Positions 18,382 to 26,675 of a DNA stretch of 46,064 bases are shown one piece after another. The position numbers were made by a program, and so were the translations under genes. The stretch is taken from assembly GCA_043824255.1 (NCBI GenBank), contig JBDRTG010000026.1:1-46064 (forward strand). The letters are read 5' to 3'. The notes under the pieces are model-generated. The model was not told where the DNA came from and searched no databases. It saw nothing but the letters and a program-made list of their open reading frames with translations. This stretch comes from a bacterium (GTDB lineage: Bacteria; JAHJDO01). The stretch's first letter is position 1; every line of letters begins with the position of its first letter.

Positions 18382-19405
18382 TCTTGCCTCCCTTGGTTTG
18401 TATCTCTTTCAGTTTTTTCTCTGCAAGAACAGTCCATTTACTGAAAGAGTATGTTTTTAATACCTGTTTGTAATAAATTTCTGCAGCTCCCTTGTTGTTT
18501 TGCTTATTATAAAACTCTGCTATTTCACAATCCTTCTGTGCTTTTATATCTTGAAGCTCTCTGATCTTACGCTCTGCCAGAGAACAAAGATTACTGTTGG
18601 GAAATGATTCAGTAAACTTGGTAAGTTTATCTATTGCTGCGTCTGTAGAGCTCTGGTCATAAGAAGAACTGCTTGAGAGAGTAATAGAGCAAATTGCTAT
18701 CCAATAATAGGCGTCGTCTATCCAGACACTATTAGGATAATTACTTATAAGTTTTCTAAACTCCTTTGCAGCTTCTTCCAACTTACCTTCCCTTTGATAA
18801 CAAAGCCCTATTCTATATTGAAACTCATCAGCATTCTTTGAGAATGGCATATTCTTTATAGCCATACTGTATACTATGGCAGCTTTTTCATACCCCTTTT
18901 TATTTTTGCGCATAGTTGGATTTGCAAAGAAATAATTAGCAATCCTCTTCTGTATATTTGTAATCATCTCTAATTTATCTGGGGAGTGATAACCATCTAT
19001 TGCCTTCTGGTATTCTTTTGCTGCTGTTAAATACTCGTGCTGATCATAATAATATTGAGCTATTCTAAGCTGTGACTCTTCTGCAAAGGAACTGTTTTTA
19101 TAAAATTTCAGGAGTTTTTTGTACTCCGCAAGATACTTCTTGGGCTTTTTATCTTTAAAGCTTTCTGCATATTCGAACTGTTCTTTTGGAGAGCCTTTAT
19201 GACTGGCTAACACAGGAATCGCAGTAGTAAAGATAAAAATTAGGATAATAACATTAAATAACAAACAAATCCGAAATCCGAATATCGAAACTCGAAACAA
19301 ATCTAAAATCCTAATTTTCAAAATCCTAAACATTGTTTTGAGCATTTGTATTTTTGTCATTTGATATTTAATCTCCATAATGGCCTTTAGTGGATATTTA
19401 CCCAT
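18374..19405 (-). CDS. bamD: TPR protein, BamD/ComL-like outer-membrane assembly factor
   Basis: Multiple TPRs, YPNS, YDQSSTDAAI..FPNS..IAEFY..AAEIYYK pattern. True start uncertain. Confidence 0.7.
   Translation of the reverse strand: MGKYPLKAIMEIKYQMTKIQMLKTMFRILKIRILDLFRVSIFGFRICLLFNVIILIFIFTTAIPVLASHKGSPKEQFEYAESFKDKKPKKYLAEYKKLLKFYKNSSFAEESQLRIAQYYYDQHEYLTAAKEYQKAIDGYHSPDKLEMITNIQKRIANYFFANPTMRKNKKGYEKAAIVYSMAIKNMPFSKNADEFQYRIGLCYQREGKLEEAAKEFRKLISNYPNSVWIDDAYYWIAICSITLSSSSSYDQSSTDAAIDKLTKFTESFPNSNLCSLAERKIRELQDIKAQKDCEIAEFYNKQNNKGAAEIYYKQVLKTYSFSKWTVLAEKKLKEIQTKGGKNE
19267..19369. repeat. Heptamer-periodic imperfect palindromic element in the bamD 5' region
   Basis: AAATCCG AAATCCG AATATCG AAACTCG AAACAAATCTAAAATCCTAATTTTCAAAATCCTAAAC, then a T-rich arm GTTTTGAGCATTTGTATTTTTGTCATTTGATATTT. 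Confidence 0.6.
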
Positions 19406-19416
19406 TATCTGCGTAG

Positions 19417-19446
19417 ATTCTATCAGAATAATTGAATTTATGTCAA
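19417..19446 (-). promoter_or_regulatory. Putative sigma70 promoter of bamD-lptE
   Basis: Minus strand TTGACA (19446-19441), 18 nt, TAGAAT (19422-19417). Confidence 0.5.
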
Positions 19447-19450
19447 CTGT

Positions 19451-20278
19451 CTAGCGGGCATATTTCTTTATCATGTATTTCTTCCAACCTGTTTCTATTG
19501 ATGAAAAGGACTTGAATGCCTTACCATATGCTCCCTGAAATGCTTCATAGGATGAAGCGCCCTGCTTTAATAGAGAGATCATTTTTACATAACAGGCTCT
19601 ATTCAAAACAACAAAAAGATATTCAACCAATCCCGCTGAGGCTCCATAAAACAACTCAGTCTTACCTTCTGGCACTTTCTCATACCTAATCAGGTCGTCA
19701 AGTTTTATATAGTCATTGCTTTTCATGTTTCTTGCTGCTATTATTTTTAAGCTCCTTCCCTTATCTTTTTGCTCATATACTGCCAGTCCTTCATTCAGCC
19801 AAAGAGGGATATTGGCTTTAGTGCCCATCATCTGCATAAATACCAGATGTGTAATTTCATGCGGAAGTATATTGGAAAAAAGGTTTGGCGCACCTTCATA
19901 CAAGTAGATTGCTCTATGGGTAAGAGGGCCGTGAGTGACCATTCCAGCAGTTCCACCTGACCAGCCTGGCTGCTCTGTTTCTTTTACATATTCAGAATGA
20001 TTTTTGTATAAAACAATAATTGCCTTTGTCTTCCATGAGGCAAATCTGCTAACTCCTGAATGCCCTATAACGCGCCCTGCCACAACTTCAGCCTTTTTAG
20101 CTAAATAAGCAGCTTTTTCCTTGCTATAAGAATACACAATAAAATGCTTCGATAATACATACTTGTAAGGAGGCAGCTTAGCTTGGCTGAAAGGCGCAGC
20201 AGCCTGTGCCATAGATTGCAGGCTAACTGTTACTGCACAAATAAAGAACAGGATAATAAGCGCTTTTTTAAGAATCAT
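19451..20278 (-). CDS. Secreted peptidase MA-family zinc metalloprotease-like protein
   Basis: Signal peptide; HEITH plus downstream PLWLNEGLA (gluzincin pattern). Confidence 0.8.
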   Translation of the reverse strand: MILKKALIILFFICAVTVSLQSMAQAAAPFSQAKLPPYKYVLSKHFIVYSYSKEKAAYLAKKAEVVAGRVIGHSGVSRFASWKTKAIIVLYKNHSEYVKETEQPGWSGGTAGMVTHGPLTHRAIYLYEGAPNLFSNILPHEITHLVFMQMMGTKANIPLWLNEGLAVYEQKDKGRSLKIIAARNMKSNDYIKLDDLIRYEKVPEGKTELFYGASAGLVEYLFVVLNRACYVKMISLLKQGASSYEAFQGAYGKAFKSFSSIETGWKKYMIKKYAR

Positions 20279-20334
20279 ACTGACATTCTATAGCAGAAGT
20301 AGAAAATGTGTAAAGGCTAAATCTCTCATTTACC

Positions 20335-20363
20335 TAGACTTTCGATACTTATTTCTATATAAT
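20335..20363 (+). promoter_or_regulatory. Putative sigma70 promoter of the ATPase/HD-GYP/RiPP operon
   Basis: TAGACT (20335-20340), 17 nt, TATAAT (20358-20363). Confidence 0.55.
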
Positions 20364-20390
20364 TTCAATATATAAGTTTAAAGGTGAATC

Positions 20391-21194
20391 TTGTATAAAG
20401 AATACTGGAGACTTCAGAAGAAACCTTTTGAGAATACCCCTGACCCTCTGTTTTTATACCACTCCGAGGAATATGAAGAATCCTTCGAAAGACTCATGTA
20501 TGCAGCAACCAATAAGAAGGGTGGAGCTCTTCTTACAGGAGAATACGGCGCAGGCAAAACCTTATTAAGTAGAACCATAATAAACAGCCTTACAGAAGAC
20601 AAATATGAAATTGCGCTGATTACAAATCCTAATTTCCCGCCAGAACAACTTGTTCACGAAATTCTCTACCAGCTGGGTACCGAGAATATTAATAGGGACA
20701 TAAAGATTGACAATGTTCATGCTTTCAATGACCTTTTATATAAAAATTACGAGTTGAATAAGGGTACAATTATAATTATTGATGAGGCTCAACTAATAGA
20801 AGACACAAGAATGTTTGAAGAGATCAGATTGCTGCTGAACTTTCAGTTAAATGATCAATTTCTTTTGACCCTTATTTTGATTGGACAGCCTGAATTAAAA
20901 GCAAAAGTAGCTAGAATCCCTCAATTTAAGCAAAGAATATCAATCAGTTATCATCTAACAGGGCTATCTGAAAAAGAAATATCTAAGTATATAAAGCATA
21001 GACTAACTGTTGCAGGAACAAGTTCTGATATTTTTTCAGAAGAATGTTTCCAGCCGATTTATTCATATTCAAAGGGAATTCCAAGAGTGATTAACAATAT
21101 CTGTGATCTGGCATTATTTATAGGGTTTAATAAAAAAATTGACGTCATTGACAAAACAACCATTATGAAAATAATCGATGATTTGAGTAAGTGA
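20391..21194 (+). CDS. ExeA/GspA-type AAA ATPase (EPS-locus associated)
   Basis: MY..W.L..KPFENTPDP.F, Walker A GEYGAGKT, Walker B IIIDEAQ, LIGQPEL, SKGIPRVINNICD. Confidence 0.9.
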   Translation: MYKEYWRLQKKPFENTPDPLFLYHSEEYEESFERLMYAATNKKGGALLTGEYGAGKTLLSRTIINSLTEDKYEIALITNPNFPPEQLVHEILYQLGTENINRDIKIDNVHAFNDLLYKNYELNKGTIIIIDEAQLIEDTRMFEEIRLLLNFQLNDQFLLTLILIGQPELKAKVARIPQFKQRISISYHLTGLSEKEISKYIKHRLTVAGTSSDIFSEECFQPIYSYSKGIPRVINNICDLALFIGFNKKIDVIDKTTIMKIIDDLSK

Positions 21195-21200
21195 GTTGAC

Positions 21201-22181
21201 ATGGTAAGAATATCCGATTTAGTAAGAAAAGATGATTTTTCTGAGCCAGATAAAAATTCTTTAAAGTTCTCTGATAAACAATCTGATTTTAAGAAACAGG
21301 GTGAATATTTAGAACTTTATCGTGAACTCTTAGAATTCACGAAAAGGCTTTGGAGTGACCTGAAGAAAAACAAGGCTATTAATGCAAAAGAGGTTAGAAA
21401 TATTATTGTAAAAACAGTAAAAGAACTCAGGCGTAATCATGAGGTGTTCACCAATCTTGCCGAAACATACATGGATAGTAACTATCCCTCTATACATTCT
21501 GTTAACGTAGCTTTCATATGTATAAATATGGGACTTGGGCTAAATTATACTAATGAGCAGCTTATTGAATTGGGAATAATCGGACTGCTTCATGACATAG
21601 GAATGGTGAAAATAGATAAGGAAATTTTTAATTCCGGTAAGGAGTTAACCATTGAACAACTTGACGAGATAAGGAAACACCCATGGTACGGCGTAAAAAT
21701 CCTTAAGCAATCAAAAGGTTTTTCTCCAACAGTCAGGAAAACCATATATTCGTCACATGAAAGAATTGACGGTACGGGATATCCTAATAAAATAAAAAAT
21801 AGCGACATAACTGAACTCGAGCAGATTGTCGGCTTGGCCGACACCTTTGAAGCAATGACCCATCCCAGACCATACAAAGAGCATCTATCTCCGTACGAAG
21901 CCATTAAAAACATTGTTGAAATTTCGGGAGGAAGATTCAATAGAAAAATTTTAAAAGCACTTCTTGAGCAGATTACTTTCTATCCTATAGGCTATAAGAT
22001 ATTGCTTAACACAGGAGACAAAGCTAGGGTAATTAAGACCAATGGTAACTCTCCATCAAGACCCGTAGTAAGTGTGTTTGAAGATAAAGAGGGCAAAGTA
22101 GTCTCTCCTTCTAAAGAAATTGACCTTTCAAAGCAGCATTTTTTCTATATAAAAGAGACCCTTCTAGATGCGTCTTCTTAA
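21201..22181 (+). CDS. HD-GYP domain protein (c-di-GMP phosphodiesterase family)
   Basis: HSVNV, LLHDIGM, KHP, HERIDGTGYP, ADTFEAM..RPYK. Confidence 0.9.
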   Translation: MVRISDLVRKDDFSEPDKNSLKFSDKQSDFKKQGEYLELYRELLEFTKRLWSDLKKNKAINAKEVRNIIVKTVKELRRNHEVFTNLAETYMDSNYPSIHSVNVAFICINMGLGLNYTNEQLIELGIIGLLHDIGMVKIDKEIFNSGKELTIEQLDEIRKHPWYGVKILKQSKGFSPTVRKTIYSSHERIDGTGYPNKIKNSDITELEQIVGLADTFEAMTHPRPYKEHLSPYEAIKNIVEISGGRFNRKILKALLEQITFYPIGYKILLNTGDKARVIKTNGNSPSRPVVSVFEDKEGKVVSPSKEIDLSKQHFFYIKETLLDASS

Positions 22182-22638
22182 GAAAATTAGAGATAATTTC
22201 CTGTCATTTAGAGATGCATTCCTCTTTCTTAAGATATCTCTTTTCGCAATGATCTTACCTTTTTTAATTAAATTCCTGAAAATACAAAAATTAATGTATT
22301 TTTTAAACGTTAAAGGTGAAAACAACAGAAATTATTCAGAAGATAAAATTGTTAAATACACGGATTATATATTAACTCGCAGCTTCCCATTTTATAAAAA
22401 AAACTGTCTTAATAGGAGTATTATTTTATACAGATTTTTAAATAAAGCGGGTATAAAAGTAAAGTTAAATATTGGGATTAAGCGCGTTCCGTCTGGCTCT
22501 AAAAAAACAGATTTGATGGGACATGCCTGGCTTACATGTAACGGCAATTATTATGCAGAATCAATTCCACAAGAGACTGAAAACTATATTAAAACCTATG
22601 AATATGCCCCCAAACACCATCAATATCACTGCTCATAA
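22168..22638 (+). CDS. Lasso-peptide B2-type transglutaminase-like leader peptidase
   Basis: Catalytic CLNRS and GHAWL motifs with L.IG.K in between; typical size of about 156 aa. Confidence 0.85.
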   Translation: MRLLKKIRDNFLSFRDAFLFLKISLFAMILPFLIKFLKIQKLMYFLNVKGENNRNYSEDKIVKYTDYILTRSFPFYKKNCLNRSIILYRFLNKAGIKVKLNIGIKRVPSGSKKTDLMGHAWLTCNGNYYAESIPQETENYIKTYEYAPKHHQYHCS

Positions 22639-23458
22639 TCTTAGAGCATTAGAAGGCATAAAAGAAATAATAAAGCTTCTGAATTTATATGATATAGATG
22701 TGATACTACTAAAGGGCGTTGCATTGATATTGCAGTATCCCAAATATATATCAGAACGTGTGTTAACAGATATTGATGTGCTTGTAGATAAAAGAAAAAT
22801 CCGTGATACTGAGAAAATACTGAAAGAAAATGGATACATATATGAAACATCAAACAAGGCGACCCATATTACTTATTATAAAAGAAGTAATTTACCTGTA
22901 GAAATTCATTGGGCACTGGTCAATTATTTAAATCCGCTGCAAAAATATGTATTTGGCATAAGACTGGATGATATATGGAAAAAGGCGCAACAGATGTCTG
23001 TTGACAGTTTAAAGTTTAATTTAATGTGTCCTGAGCATATGATAATCTATCTGTCCATGCATATGATAAAAGAATTTCATGTTTCTAGAAAATGGATTAA
23101 CGACATTAAGCTATTAATTAAAAAAGAGAAGACAATAGATTGGCTTCTCCTCGTAAAAACCGCTCAAGCGTGGGGATGTATCCCCTGCGTGTATCACGCT
23201 TTAAAAGTTATCTCAATGGATGGCGGGCATTTGATGCCGGAATCCATAATGAAGAAAGCTGCTTCCTATAAATTCCCATTTTGGCATAACTGGTTATTAA
23301 ACAGAATATCGAGAGGACTATCTATAAGACACTTGCGTATATTGCTTTATTTCTCCGTTATGCCTGAGATAAAAGATAGATTGAAATCATTTCTGTATCT
23401 TCCGATATACATCTTGAAAACAAGGTGTTGCAATGATAAAGTTATATTACAAAGGTGA
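22598..23458 (+). CDS. Nucleotidyltransferase family protein (NTP_transf_5-like)
   Basis: ILLKGVAL, R..TDIDVLV, VEIHW, H..KWINDI, IDW motifs. Start uncertain (22523/22598/22604). Confidence 0.8.
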   Translation: MNMPPNTINITAHNLRALEGIKEIIKLLNLYDIDVILLKGVALILQYPKYISERVLTDIDVLVDKRKIRDTEKILKENGYIYETSNKATHITYYKRSNLPVEIHWALVNYLNPLQKYVFGIRLDDIWKKAQQMSVDSLKFNLMCPEHMIIYLSMHMIKEFHVSRKWINDIKLLIKKEKTIDWLLLVKTAQAWGCIPCVYHALKVISMDGGHLMPESIMKKAASYKFPFWHNWLLNRISRGLSIRHLRILLYFSVMPEIKDRLKSFLYLPIYILKTRCCNDKVILQR

Positions 23459-23461
23459 TAA

Positions 23462-23737
23462 GTGAAGAAATATTGCATAAATGAAAACAAAGTCGCATGG
23501 AGAGATTTAGACGGAGAGGCTGTTATCCTGGATCTAAAAACTGATACTTATTTTTCGCTTGATGAGATTGGAACCCAAATCTGGAATAGGATGATAGAAA
23601 AATCCGAAATTAAGGACATTGTGTCTTTAATAACAAGGGAATATGATGTCCCTGCGAAAGAGGCTGAAAGGGATGCCAAAGAATTGATTTCCAGTTTAAA
23701 AAAAACAGGATTGATTCTAGAAGTGGAAGAGAAATGA
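23462..23737 (+). CDS. Stand-alone PqqD-family RiPP recognition element (B1-like)
   Basis: WRDLDGEAVILDL..YFSLDEIGTQIW..EYDV..AERD..L...GLI; 91 aa. Confidence 0.9.
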   Translation: MKKYCINENKVAWRDLDGEAVILDLKTDTYFSLDEIGTQIWNRMIEKSEIKDIVSLITREYDVPAKEAERDAKELISSLKKTGLILEVEEK

Positions 23738-24813
23738 AAACGAAAAATATTATAGAAATAGATAAGGGGTTATTGACGAAGCGTTTGAGGACGAGATTAA
23801 TTCCTTTCATCTGTGTGTTTGAAATTACATCAAAGTGCAATTTAAATTGTAAACACTGCTACATATGTCAGGATAAGGCAAAAGAACTCACACTTGATGA
23901 AATTAAAAATATACTGGAACAAATTAAATCCTGCGGATGTCTTGAGCTTACAATAACTGGTGGAGAGCCGCTGCTCAGAGAAGATATTTTTGATGTAATA
24001 AAATATGCAAGAGATAATGACTTTGCAGTGTCTCTTTTTACGAACGCCGTATTAATAGATAAAAAAACAGCGAAAAAGCTCAAGGAGCTTTCAGTCTATG
24101 ACATTCAAATTAGTTTATATGACGCAAGGGCTTCCATACATGAGAAAATTACGGGAAAACCAGGTTCTTTTAGAAGAACAATAAATGGGATTACTTTACT
24201 AAGAAGAAACGGAATCAATCCTATAATTAAAACAACTGTTACGAAGGATAATTTTAAAGAGATAATCCATATTAAAAAATTATGTGAGGATATGAAATTA
24301 GAATATATTTTTGACACTATGATTTTCCCAAAGGATGATGGAAGTACTGCGCCTCTAAGGTTAAGATTGAATAACAGGGATCTGCATAGCTTTTTTAGCG
24401 CAATGAATAAAAATGACAGAACCTCATTTTCATCTGAACAAATCCACTACAGGAAATTTGACACATGCGCAGCGGCAAGATCTATATTTGCCATCTCGCC
24501 CGATGGCAAAATTTATCCATGTATTGCATTTAAAATAGAGGCAGGGAATATCAATAAAGAACGATTCAAAGATATTTGGCGAAACTCAAGTGTTTTAAAT
24601 GATATCAGAGCAATGTCCATAAAGGATATTCCTGAATGCTCAGGCTGCGATCTGAATAATGAGTGTCTCAGATGTCCGGGACTTTCATATATTGAACACG
24701 GAAATTTTAAAACTGCGCCCAAAGAACTGTGCAGAATAACAAAAACCAAGGAGGAAGCAAAAAATGAAGAAAACCTACGAAAAACCCAGGCTCACAAAAT
24801 ACGGGCAGCTTAA
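23734..24813 (+). CDS. Radical SAM/SPASM peptide maturase
   Basis: CNLNCKHC, TGGEPLLR; SPASM C..ISPDGKIYPC..GNI..CSGC.....CLRC..C. Confidence 0.92.
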   Translation: MKTKNIIEIDKGLLTKRLRTRLIPFICVFEITSKCNLNCKHCYICQDKAKELTLDEIKNILEQIKSCGCLELTITGGEPLLREDIFDVIKYARDNDFAVSLFTNAVLIDKKTAKKLKELSVYDIQISLYDARASIHEKITGKPGSFRRTINGITLLRRNGINPIIKTTVTKDNFKEIIHIKKLCEDMKLEYIFDTMIFPKDDGSTAPLRLRLNNRDLHSFFSAMNKNDRTSFSSEQIHYRKFDTCAAARSIFAISPDGKIYPCIAFKIEAGNINKERFKDIWRNSSVLNDIRAMSIKDIPECSGCDLNNECLRCPGLSYIEHGNFKTAPKELCRITKTKEEAKNEENLRKTQAHKIRAA

Positions 24814-24928
24814 AGACATAACAAAGATGCCTTTAACTGTTTCAAAAACGAATCAGAACCAGTGCCCGTCAGTATGCCAAACTCCGCTGCTTGCCAACAA
24901 GAGTAATCCAAAGCAAGGCTGTTGTTAA
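24764..24928 (+). CDS. RiPP precursor peptide (54 aa) with lasso-type leader and Cys-rich core
   Basis: Hand-translated: MKKTYEKPRLTKYGQLKDITK-MPLTVSKTNQNQCPSVCQTPLLANKSNPKQGCC*. AAGGAGG RBS at 24748-24754. YxxPxLxxxGxxxxxT leader. Not in the ORF track (<60 aa). Confidence 0.88.
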   Translation: MKKTYEKPRLTKYGQLKDITKMPLTVSKTNQNQCPSVCQTPLLANKSNPKQGCC

Positions 24929-24935
24929 TAGATCT

Positions 24936-25889
24936 GTGTTTGATATACACGGTGTCCGTTTTGAAATTTCCTCAAATAGGGAAAAGTATATAAAATGGAC
25001 TAGAGATTACATCTATTTTGCCGAGAAAAAAAATAAAGACCCGCAATGGCATGTCCATATTAACGAAATAAAAGGAAGTTTTCCTCTCTTCCCTCCTGAA
25101 ACGTCAAAAAAAGTCAGGTCAAAATCTATTCCGATCGTTTACGAAAATGGCAATTTATTATGGTTTGATTTTTTTTATGCTGTTGCGCGAATTAACCTGA
25201 CAAGCAAAAGTATTGCAGTCTGGATAAAGGAATTCGAAGGGCTTACAGAATTCTATTTTACAAATATAATCCTGTTTAATATCCTTAATCTTATTTTAAG
25301 CTACAATGGTATGATTTTTATTCATTCAGCAAGTCTTTGTTACGGCGGGAAAGGTATTATTTTGGCAGGTGAAGCGGGAGCTGGCAAAAGCACTTTATCT
25401 GTGGGATTAATAGAGAGAGGATGTAAATTCCTTTCTGATGATAAGTCTATCATTCATCTTAATAACAATAAAGCTGAGATACTTTCCTTTCCTGAAGCAG
25501 TTTCTTTACAAGAGGATGCCTGCAGTTTTTTCACAACGACTAGGCCATTTGCAAAACAAAAAAATAAACTTGATAAATATAAAAAGATCTTCAGGATAAA
25601 CTCATTGTACTGCGACTCTGCTATAAGCAGATGCGAGCCAAGTCTGATTATATTTCTGCATAAAGCCTGCGGCAAAGAAACTTTTGCTAAGAAGATAACC
25701 AAAAAAGAATCTTTAGACTGCCTTATTGGGTCTATTTCAACATCTTTTATTACTGAATCCGCTGTTGTTTTTAAGATACTGGCTGAACTTGCTGATAGTG
25801 TTAGATCCTATAGATTAGCCCTTGGAGAAAACATAGATAAATCTATTGAAGCAATTCTAGGTTTAATAAGAAGCGAGAAGCCCCTTTAG
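24936..25889 (+). CDS. HPr kinase-related kinase (PadeK/PsmK-like family)
   Basis: FIHSASL, Walker A GEAGAGKSTLS, FLSDD. GTG 24936 avoids overlap with the precursor (track start 24891). Confidence 0.8.
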   Translation: MFDIHGVRFEISSNREKYIKWTRDYIYFAEKKNKDPQWHVHINEIKGSFPLFPPETSKKVRSKSIPIVYENGNLLWFDFFYAVARINLTSKSIAVWIKEFEGLTEFYFTNIILFNILNLILSYNGMIFIHSASLCYGGKGIILAGEAGAGKSTLSVGLIERGCKFLSDDKSIIHLNNNKAEILSFPEAVSLQEDACSFFTTTRPFAKQKNKLDKYKKIFRINSLYCDSAISRCEPSLIIFLHKACGKETFAKKITKKESLDCLIGSISTSFITESAVVFKILAELADSVRSYRLALGENIDKSIEAILGLIRSEKPL

Positions 25890-26675
25890 TTTAGCTTTCT
25901 TTAGACACCAGTTGAAAAAGACATGTCCGATTCCGCATATCAATATAGAAAAAATCAAAAGGATGATCAGCTCTTCTTTCATATCAAGAATTGACTGTCC
26001 GTAAAACATGGATTTCCTTGTCGCATTAAGGGAATGTGTAATAGGAAGAAAATCCGCCACTTTATGTAACCATTTTGGAAGGACTGCTATGGGGAAATAG
26101 ACACCGCCAAGCAGTCTGGAAACGTTCGTTATAATCCATGAAATTGGATTCCAATTTTTAAATATTAATATAAATCCTCCTCCCATGAGTCCAAATCCTG
26201 TTGAATAGACAGCTGTCATTAACAGAACAATAAACAAGGATGGGAAATTTATATTAAGTTTTATTCCAAAGAAAATAACACCTATAATCACGTATAATAG
26301 AAACATGAAGAAAGAATATATCATTGTGTTTATTGCTATTGCATAAGCAATGCTTGTGGGTTTTACTTGCGATGCAAGAACAACTTCCAAGGTGCCTGTA
26401 AGCTGCTCGTTGCGAATATAGTCAGGAATTGTCTGAAGTCCCGCCCAAACAATACTGGATGAAGCAATGCCAATTAATACAAAAGAGAAATAATTATCCG
26501 CACAGCCTTTTACAAAACTGGTTCCGCTCTGGCCTATTAACTTTGATATAAAAAAGAAAAGCATAATTGTGAAAATTATATTAAGTTGACTGAATATAAA
26601 AGAGGACTTATAGCTCTTATCAATAAGAAATTCTCTCACTATCAATGCCTTTGTAACTTTTAGAAATTTAAACAT
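25863..26675 (-). CDS. ABC-2 type exporter permease
   Basis: Six hydrophobic segments, E..GTLE, GGVYFPIAVLPKWL...LPITH. Confidence 0.88.
   Translation of the reverse strand: MFKFLKVTKALIVREFLIDKSYKSSFIFSQLNIIFTIMLFFFISKLIGQSGTSFVKGCADNYFSFVLIGIASSSIVWAGLQTIPDYIRNEQLTGTLEVVLASQVKPTSIAYAIAINTMIYSFFMFLLYVIIGVIFFGIKLNINFPSLFIVLLMTAVYSTGFGLMGGGFILIFKNWNPISWIITNVSRLLGGVYFPIAVLPKWLHKVADFLPITHSLNATRKSMFYGQSILDMKEELIILLIFSILICGIGHVFFNWCLKKAKLKGLLASY

Noticed and set aside
23462..24813. PQQ biosynthesis (pqqD/pqqE) or NrdD activase
   Set aside because: There is no pqqA (ExxxY), pqqB or pqqC. The SPASM domain and adjacent RRE/precursor argue against NrdG.
22168..25889. Calling the cluster a conventional lasso peptide BGC
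   Set aside because: There is no lasso cyclase in the window and the core has no Asp/Glu acceptor.
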